A DNA stretch of 64,000 bases from Tannerellaceae bacterium. GTDB lineage: Bacteria; Bacteroidota; Bacteroidia; Bacteroidales; Tannerellaceae. Numbering within the stretch: position 1 is the stretch's first letter; every line of letters starts with the position of its first letter. Shown here one piece after another: positions 57,435 through 64,000 of the stretch. The position numbers and the translations under genes are program-made. Under the pieces are notes generated by a model. That model saw nothing but the letters and a program-made list of their open reading frames with translations, was not told the DNA's origin and made no database searches. The stretch lies in NCBI GenBank assembly GCA_031288515.1, contig JAITRG010000066.1:184-64183 (forward strand), in the 5' to 3' direction.

Positions 57435-58037
57435 TTATTGTTTTTGAAGCATCTCGACCATCAGCGTTATGTTTGACATGAAGAGTTTTACGGAGATCGC
57501 TATAAGGATGATTCCGAAGAACTTGCGGATCAGATAGATCCCTCCTCTGCCAAGAAAATGCTCCACCCGGCCGGTCATGTCCACAACGAAATATACAAAT
57601 ATCATATTGAGCGTAAGAGCGATGAGAATATTGACGCTCGAATATTCGGCGCGTAATGAAAGCAATGTTGTGAACGAACCGGCTCCGGCCAATAACGGGA
57701 AGACAAGGGGCACTAAAGTGGCGGATTTTATCGGCCCCTGGTTCTTGAATATTTCCACGTCGAGCAACATTTCCAGCGCCATTAAGAAAATCACGATAGC
57801 TCCGGCAACGGCAAAAGACGCAATGTCTACATGAAACAGGTTGAGCATCATTTCTCCGGCATAGAAGAATCCAAGCATCAAAGCAAAAGAAATAAGAGTG
57901 GCTTTTAAGGCATTTACAGATTGTCCCCTGTCTTTGAGATTTATAATAATGGGGATGGAGCCAATAATGTCAATTACGGCAAAAAGTACGATAAACGCAC
58001 TGATCATTTCCTGGAAATCAAAGTATGAGAACATCAT
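57435..58037 (-). CDS. MarC-family membrane protein
   Basis: LFAVIDIIGSIP, VPLVFPLLAGAGS, KFFGIILIAISV. Confidence 0.9.
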   Translation of the reverse strand: MMFSYFDFQEMISAFIVLFAVIDIIGSIPIIINLKDRGQSVNALKATLISFALMLGFFYAGEMMLNLFHVDIASFAVAGAIVIFLMALEMLLDVEIFKNQGPIKSATLVPLVFPLLAGAGSFTTLLSLRAEYSSVNILIALTLNMIFVYFVVDMTGRVEHFLGRGGIYLIRKFFGIILIAISVKLFMSNITLMVEMLQKQ

Positions 58038-58119
58038 TCATCGTTTTTTTTGCGTTAGCAGCCCGTGAGGGCTGCTAACGCAATGATACAATAATTATTT
58101 GCTTGACTACGGCGTGCTG

Positions 58120-59274
58120 TTATGCGAGTTTCCTCGAACCGTCCGAAATGACTACGTCGTATACTTTGGGACATCTGCCGAATTTATCGGTGAAGGCTTC
58201 TTTGGCTTTGGCGATGAAGCTATCGTATAGTTCGTCTTTCACCAGGTTGATGGTGCATCCGCCGAATCCGCCGCCCATTACGCGTGAGCCGGTTACGCCA
58301 CATTCTTTTGCGAGGTCGTTCAGGAAGTCAAGCTCTTCGCAGCTTACTTCATAGAGTTTACTCATGCCGTGGTGGGTTTCGTACATTTTCCGGCCTACGG
58401 TTTCATAGTCGGCTACCTCGAGCGCATCGCAAACATCAAGTACGCGTTGGATCTCTTCGATCACATATTCGGCGCGCATGTAGTCTTCGGCGCTTACTTC
58501 ATCCTTCACTTCTTCAAGCATGGCCAGGTTCGCATCCCGGAGGAATTGCACATGCGGATGTTTTTTCTGCATGGCAGCCACTACGGTTTCACAGGATTGG
58601 CGGCGTTTGTTGTAAGCGGAGGAAGCAAGTTCGTGTTTTACGACCGAATCGATTAATACCAAGCGGTATCCGGTCGGGTTAAATGGAAAATATTGGTATT
58701 CCAACGAACGGCAGTCCAGACGTATCAAACTTCCGGCTTTTCCGAATAGAGAAGCAAACTGGTCCATTATGCCGCAATTCACGCCTACATAGTTGTGCTC
58801 GGTAGCTTGTCCGGCTTTTGCCAGTTCAAACTTGTCTATCTTGTTGTCACCGAAAAGTTCGTTCAGTGCAAAGGCATACGTGCTTTCCAGCGCGGCGGAT
58901 GAAGACATTCCGGCGCCCAGAGGCACATCGCCGGCAAAAGCCGTGTCGAAGCCTTGTACATTCACACCACGTTTGGTCATTTCGCGGCATACGCCGAAGA
59001 TATATTTCGCCCAGCTTGTACGCGGCTTGTCTTCTTCGTTCAATCCGAACTCAATCCAATCTTTCAGGTCAATAGAATATGCACGCACTTTATCTGTCCC
59101 GTTTGGCTTGATCTCTGCGATAATGCCTTTATCCACAGCACCGGGGAAAACGAATCCACCGTTATAGTCGGTATGCTCGCCGATGAGGTTGATACGTCCC
59201 GGCGATGCGTATACTGATCCTGTTGCGCCGTCGAAATGTTTCGCGAAGCGGCTTCTTACATGATTGGTATCCAT
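58120..59274 (-). CDS. galK: Galactokinase
   Basis: PGRINLIGEHTDYN, VPLGAGMSSSAA, CGIMDQ, GSRVMGGGFGGC. Confidence 0.97.
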   Translation of the reverse strand: MDTNHVRSRFAKHFDGATGSVYASPGRINLIGEHTDYNGGFVFPGAVDKGIIAEIKPNGTDKVRAYSIDLKDWIEFGLNEEDKPRTSWAKYIFGVCREMTKRGVNVQGFDTAFAGDVPLGAGMSSSAALESTYAFALNELFGDNKIDKFELAKAGQATEHNYVGVNCGIMDQFASLFGKAGSLIRLDCRSLEYQYFPFNPTGYRLVLIDSVVKHELASSAYNKRRQSCETVVAAMQKKHPHVQFLRDANLAMLEEVKDEVSAEDYMRAEYVIEEIQRVLDVCDALEVADYETVGRKMYETHHGMSKLYEVSCEELDFLNDLAKECGVTGSRVMGGGFGGCTINLVKDELYDSFIAKAKEAFTDKFGRCPKVYDVVISDGSRKLA

Positions 59275-59299
59275 AGTTTTCTATTTATTAATGCTAATG

Positions 59300-60793
59300 T
59301 TACTCTACCGGTATGTCTTTATTCACGTTTTTACATCCTGCCAGGCCATAGAACAACATATAGGCGAGTGCGGCAATGATGAGCCAATAGCTGGACATAT
59401 AGCTGACGGCGTCTGAAATAGCCTGTTGTATCAAAGGCAATACGCCTCCTCCTACCACCATCATCATAAAGATGCCGGAAGCCTGCGCCGTATACTTGCC
59501 AAGTCCTTCTACCGCAAGATTGAAGATAGCGCCCCACATAACGGAAGTGCACAGACCGCAAAGGATCAGCAAGAATGCGCTGACCGGTACTTTAGGCGCT
59601 TCTAGGGATTTGAGAACGTCTGCCGGCTTCAGGTTGGCTTCCTGTTCCAGTTTTTCGGCGTATGGCGTAAAGTCTGCCGTAGCAGGATTGGCTATAAATG
59701 CTTCAATCTGTTCTGCCGGCACACCCACATTCGTTAGTATCTCCGTGGTTTTTTTCACCGGGTTGTATATAATAGAAGGTACTTCTATGCCGGCATTCTT
59801 CGGGATGAAGATCGCGGCCACAATAAAGATGATGGCAGCGGTAGATACGGTGATCAATTGCGTACGGCTGGAAACTTTGCCGCTGATGGCGCTACTTATG
59901 GTACGTCCCACGAGCATCAGCAGCCAGTAGAGGGCAACGATCGCGCCGCCGATCGCAGCGCCGTTGATCAATATGCCTGCACCTTTGTCGGGTGTTGCAT
60001 CTGCAAGATAGAAGTTCAGCGTACCCGGGATGCCGATTTCGATACCTACATAGATAAAGATGCCGATCACGCCCAATACGGTGTGGCGGAAACTCCAGGG
60101 GCTGTGAGCAAATTTCTCTTTTATTACCGTTCCCTTTTTCAGATGGGGTTCCGGCATGGCAATGAATGAGATGATCATGAATGCAACGGCGAATACGCCC
60201 ATAGCGACGAAGAGGAGAGGTGCCACATCCGACATGGCGGTCTTTTGGGTCACTGTGCCGATCAAAGCGCCGACGAAGAGCGGGGTCAGCGTACCGGACA
60301 ACGAGTTAAGCGCTCCGCCGGTTTGAATAAGCTGGTTCCCTTTGTTGCCGCCGCCGCCGAGAAGGTTCAGCAACGGATTCACCACGGTGTTCAGCATACA
60401 TACGCAGAATCCGCAGATGAATGCACCAAGCAGATAGATAATGAAGTTCAGCAAGATCGTGTATTCGCCGAACGAGAAAACTGCGGTATTGGCTCCGAAC
60501 AAACTGGAAAGATATTGTATGAGCAATCCGACAACTCCTACGGCCATGGCGATCAACGCCGTCTTTTTGTAGCCGATCCGGACAAGCATATTGCCCGCTG
60601 GGATTCCCATAAATAGATAAGCGAGGAAGTTCATCATATTTCCCATCATACCCAGCGTATTCGACCCGGCGTATTGGCTTTTCCAGATCGTGCCGAAAGG
60701 TGCGGCAAGGTTTGTGACGAACGAGATCATCGCAAAGATGAAAAACATTGTAATGATCGCTACAATGTTACTGTTTTTTTGGTTTTGTTCCAT
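59300..60793 (-). CDS. Glucose/galactose MFS transporter with an enlarged late loop
   Basis: FAMISFVTNLAAP, LNTVVNPLLN, YVGIEIGIP, LCTSVMWGAIFNLAVEGLG; between galM and galK. Confidence 0.9.
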   Translation of the reverse strand: MEQNQKNSNIVAIITMFFIFAMISFVTNLAAPFGTIWKSQYAGSNTLGMMGNMMNFLAYLFMGIPAGNMLVRIGYKKTALIAMAVGVVGLLIQYLSSLFGANTAVFSFGEYTILLNFIIYLLGAFICGFCVCMLNTVVNPLLNLLGGGGNKGNQLIQTGGALNSLSGTLTPLFVGALIGTVTQKTAMSDVAPLLFVAMGVFAVAFMIISFIAMPEPHLKKGTVIKEKFAHSPWSFRHTVLGVIGIFIYVGIEIGIPGTLNFYLADATPDKGAGILINGAAIGGAIVALYWLLMLVGRTISSAISGKVSSRTQLITVSTAAIIFIVAAIFIPKNAGIEVPSIIYNPVKKTTEILTNVGVPAEQIEAFIANPATADFTPYAEKLEQEANLKPADVLKSLEAPKVPVSAFLLILCGLCTSVMWGAIFNLAVEGLGKYTAQASGIFMMMVVGGGVLPLIQQAISDAVSYMSSYWLIIAALAYMLFYGLAGCKNVNKDIPVE

Positions 60794-60854
60794 AAATGTT
60801 TAAAATGGTAAATTATAAATTAGGTTAGTATAGTTTTGATCCATAAGGGATCTT

Positions 60855-62021
60855 TCACTTGTTTTTCGCACGGAACGTGTACTTTTTATCGCGTTTGAAG
60901 CGCGTGTCGATCTTTGTTCCTTCCACATGAAACATGTATATGGTGGTTTGACGATACTCTTCTTTGGGTTTTAAGATTGCCGTCGGAAAATATGGCCGGT
61001 TGGGCGTATCGGGAAACTTCTGCGCTTCAAAGCATACGCCGCTTCGAGCGGGGAAAGTCGCTCCGTTCGCTCCGGCGAATCCGCTCAGCCAGTTGCCGGT
61101 ATAGAGTTGTACGCCCTGTTCTGTGGTATACACTTCCATGATGCGTCCGCTATGTTCTTCGGCACAGACGGCGGCAAGTTCCAGGTTTCCCGCTTCCGTT
61201 TTGTTCAGCACATAGCAATGGTCGTAGCCGGCGCCATGGATAAGCTGTTGGAAGTTATCGTTTATGCGTTCGCCGATCCGGTGCGGCTTACGGAAATCCA
61301 TAGGTGTTCCTTCCACGCTTAGGATCTCTCCGGTTGGGATGGAATTATTGTCGATGGGGATGTAGTGGTCTGCCGCTATGGTGAGCGTATGGTTTTCTAT
61401 GGAAGGGCTTGGATTGTCGATTCCCGCCAGGTTGAAGAATGCGTGGTTCGTCAGGTTGACGGGCGTGGCCTTATCGGTTTTTGCCACATATTGAATATGG
61501 AAGAATGTCGTATCCTTAGCCGGAATGAGCCGGTAGGTCATCTCGATGCGTAGCGTGCCGGGGAATCCTTCTTCTCCATCCGGTGAAATATAGGAAAAGG
61601 TAATGCTGTCTTCGGTTTGTTCCACCACGTCCCACACCTGGGTATGGTATCCGGTTGGCCCGCCATGCAGTGCGTTCGGCCCGTTATTGACGGACAGGTT
61701 ATATTCCTTATTATTCAAGGTGAATTTACCTTCGCAGATCCGGTTGCCGTAACGTCCGATCACTGTGTTTAGAAAAGGCTCCGGGCTGTTCACCACGCTG
61801 TCTATACTGTCGTGGCCTAAAACTACATTGGCGAATTGGCCATTTTTGTCGGGCACCATGATTGCAAGAATGGCACATCCGTAGTTGGTTACGGCAAGTT
61901 CCGAATCATTTTTCGTCTTCAGAATGAAAAGGTCTGTTTGTTTGCCACTAATGGTTTTTTGGAATTTCTTTCTATCCAAACCGGATAGGTTTTTTTCATT
62001 TTCAGTCGGGCGTTTACTCAT
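60855..62021 (-). CDS. galM: Aldose 1-epimerase
   Basis: IGRYGNRI, ALHGG, EEGFPG, VNLTNHAFFNL, GYDHCY, FEAQKFPD; ATG at 62021. Confidence 0.93.
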   Translation of the reverse strand: MSKRPTENEKNLSGLDRKKFQKTISGKQTDLFILKTKNDSELAVTNYGCAILAIMVPDKNGQFANVVLGHDSIDSVVNSPEPFLNTVIGRYGNRICEGKFTLNNKEYNLSVNNGPNALHGGPTGYHTQVWDVVEQTEDSITFSYISPDGEEGFPGTLRIEMTYRLIPAKDTTFFHIQYVAKTDKATPVNLTNHAFFNLAGIDNPSPSIENHTLTIAADHYIPIDNNSIPTGEILSVEGTPMDFRKPHRIGERINDNFQQLIHGAGYDHCYVLNKTEAGNLELAAVCAEEHSGRIMEVYTTEQGVQLYTGNWLSGFAGANGATFPARSGVCFEAQKFPDTPNRPYFPTAILKPKEEYRQTTIYMFHVEGTKIDTRFKRDKKYTFRAKNK

Positions 62022-62163
62022 GTTTTCTTCATTTTTAATCCTTGCAAATAAAGAGAAATTCTTCCTTTCCCACAAATAGTTTCAAGTAATAATTGATAAT
62101 TTCCGTATGTTTGCCCGCGAATTGTTTAATCGTTATTTTAATCTATATCTTACTATATAAATA

Positions 62164-63135
62164 ATGTATCCGCTAAAATTTGCCCCTATATTGAAGCAAA
62201 CGCTTTGGGGAGGAAATAAAATTGTTCCGTTCAAACAGCTGGACAATAACGACTTGACGGGAGTGGGAGAGAGCTGGGAAATATCCGGTGTGGAAGGTGA
62301 CGAATCCGTCGTTGTTAACGGGCCGGATAAAGGAGTTAGCCTGACAGCGATGGTACACAAGTATCGTGAAAAGCTGGTCGGCGAAGCCAATTACCTCCGT
62401 TTCGGCAACACGTTTCCGCTGCTGATCAAGTTCATCGATGCCAGGCAGGATCTGTCTATCCAGGTACATCCCAACGACTTGCTGGCTAAAGAACGGCATA
62501 ACTCTTTCGGTAAAACCGAGATGTGGTATGTGGTCGGCGCCGACGACGGTGCGAAACTGCGTTCCGGATTCTCGGAACAGATCACCCCGAAAGCATATAA
62601 GGAACGGGTTTCTAACAACAGTATCACCGATGTCTTGCAGGCCTATGAGATTAAAGCCGGAGATGTGTTTTTCCTGCCTGCCGGCCGTATACACAGCATA
62701 GGCGCCGGCGCCTTTATTGCCGAGATACAACAGACTTCGGACATTACCTATCGTATATACGACTTCAACCGGAAAGATGCTCACGGCAGGACGCGCGAAC
62801 TGCATACGGAATTGGCGTGTGAAGCTATCGACTACGAAGTACGGGACGATTACCGCACCCTGTACGAAGCGGCAAAGAATGAGCCGGTGAAGCTGGTGGC
62901 CTGCCCTTATTTTACGACTTCATTGTATGACATGACGGAAGAGATTTGCCGCGATTATTCGGAGCTGGATTCCTTCGTTATCCTGATCGGTGTGGAAGGT
63001 TCGTGCAAGTTGATCGACGATCAGAAGAACGAAACCACATTGCAGGCCGGCGAGACCGTATTGCTGCCCGCCGCTACCCGGAATGTAACGATCCTGCCCG
63101 CCGGCGCCGCGAAAATTCTGGAAACCTACGTATAG
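62164..63135 (+). CDS. manA: Mannose-6-phosphate isomerase class I
   Basis: LWGG, GESWEIS, FPLLIKFIDA, LSIQVHP, GKTEMWY, AEIQQTSDITYRIYD. Confidence 0.93.
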   Translation: MYPLKFAPILKQTLWGGNKIVPFKQLDNNDLTGVGESWEISGVEGDESVVVNGPDKGVSLTAMVHKYREKLVGEANYLRFGNTFPLLIKFIDARQDLSIQVHPNDLLAKERHNSFGKTEMWYVVGADDGAKLRSGFSEQITPKAYKERVSNNSITDVLQAYEIKAGDVFFLPAGRIHSIGAGAFIAEIQQTSDITYRIYDFNRKDAHGRTRELHTELACEAIDYEVRDDYRTLYEAAKNEPVKLVACPYFTTSLYDMTEEICRDYSELDSFVILIGVEGSCKLIDDQKNETTLQAGETVLLPAATRNVTILPAGAAKILETYV

Positions 63136-63184
63136 ACCGCCTTCTATTAACTTTCAGGAGTTATGCACATGAACTCCTGAAATG

Positions 63185-63631
63185 TTAATACTCCAGCAGC
63201 TTCTTCAGAAAGCTGTTCAGTTCCTTATCCAATCCCTTGAGTAATTCTTCGTTCACCAGAAAGGTGTCGTCGTCTATAAGGAGGAGATCGGTGATTGTTT
63301 CTCTATCTTCGTCTACCAGGACGAATGAAAAAGGCTGTATGATGGGAAGGTTATCAAAACTTCCGCCTTCTTTCATCCGGTTCAGGATAGAGCGCAGGAC
63401 ACGTTCCGTATCTTTATAGAAATTAATGCCATCGTGTGCCAACCATTCTTCGATAATGGCATGTGATAGTTCCTCATCGTTGTCATCGAATATAATTAAT
63501 TCACCCGAACCGCTGATGGGTTGCAAATGAATATCCGTAACGACAGTTTGCCCGTTACCCGACGGATACTTATCCATTGCCTCACGGATAGTAGATTCAA
63601 TGAATAGCTGCGATTGCTGACTTAGTTTCAT
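63185..63631 (-). CDS. Conserved acidic hypothetical protein
   Basis: 148-aa ORF (VTDIHLQP..GEL.IFDD, PFSFVLVDED); no function recognised. Confidence 0.7.
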   Translation of the reverse strand: MKLSQQSQLFIESTIREAMDKYPSGNGQTVVTDIHLQPISGSGELIIFDDNDEELSHAIIEEWLAHDGINFYKDTERVLRSILNRMKEGGSFDNLPIIQPFSFVLVDEDRETITDLLLIDDDTFLVNEELLKGLDKELNSFLKKLLEY

Positions 63632-64000
63632 AAAAAGATCTTGTTTTAAGGTTTAAAATGCTGTTCTTATAGATACAAAGTAACGCTTCTTTAAAAAAAA
63701 ATCAAAATGAATCGCATCTTTTTTTGCTTTTGCATAAAATGACCGTAAGTGCCAAGCTCAATCTACTTATTTTTCGGCTACATTATTTATAGTCATTCAT
63801 TCCTTTTGCCCGGAAACCATTTTCGTGCACACGAAAGCACTTTCGGAGCAGTCGGAACTGCCGGCAGGCAACGCCCAACCGGTATGATAGTACGATGAGC
63901 GTTTTTTAGTGTAAACGTATACATTGTTGTCCTTTTAAAATTCCGGTTTCTTATATGGAAAAAACAGGGGAATACTTCGCGGTTAACAAAATATGCTTAA

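Noticed and set aside
58052-58081. galK terminator
   Set aside because: The hairpin is perfect but is followed by an A run, not a U tract, on the transcribed minus strand; it is more likely a stabilising stem in a galK-marC transcript.
1-64000. DGR template repeat or reverse transcriptase in the window
   Set aside because: No second copy of 733-936 and no RT motifs were found by eye; an exhaustive search was not possible.
63790-64000. Short minus-strand ORF at the window end
   Set aside because: 43 codons with no recognisable similarity, and the context is cut by the window edge.

Overview
Bacteroides-like (Bacteroidales) chromosome segment. Core genes lie at both ends: uxaC/uxaB, an FHA protein and a SPOR protein on the left; tRNA-Cys, feoAB, a glycogen cluster, gal genes and manA on the right. 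Between the SPOR gene and tRNA-Cys sits about 40 kb of layered accessory DNA. (i) An 18.7-kb polysaccharide utilisation locus (AraC, FucP-like permease, SusC/D, GH78, GH29, GH26, L-galactose-type catabolic enzymes) is flanked by a diverged direct duplication of the SPOR 5' end and the tRNA terminator arm. (ii) A dead IS110 sits inside the second duplicate copy. (iii) A 13.3-kb block bounded by inverted IS982 ends carries an intact AT-rich 7-gene operon: vWA lipoprotein, small membrane protein, tubulin/FtsZ-like GTPase, 1117-aa actin/Hsp70-fold ATPase, membrane adaptor, and a ZorA-like/ZorB-like (MotA/MotB-type) pair without any known Zorya effector. This operon is the best candidate for an undescribed system. 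(iv) A 6.4-kb integrase/primase-helicase element is integrated at tRNA-Cys. The window starts in a gene whose 3' end looks like a diversity-generating retroelement variable region; no template repeat or reverse transcriptase was seen in the window. All family assignments come from motif recognition by eye; no database searches were run.
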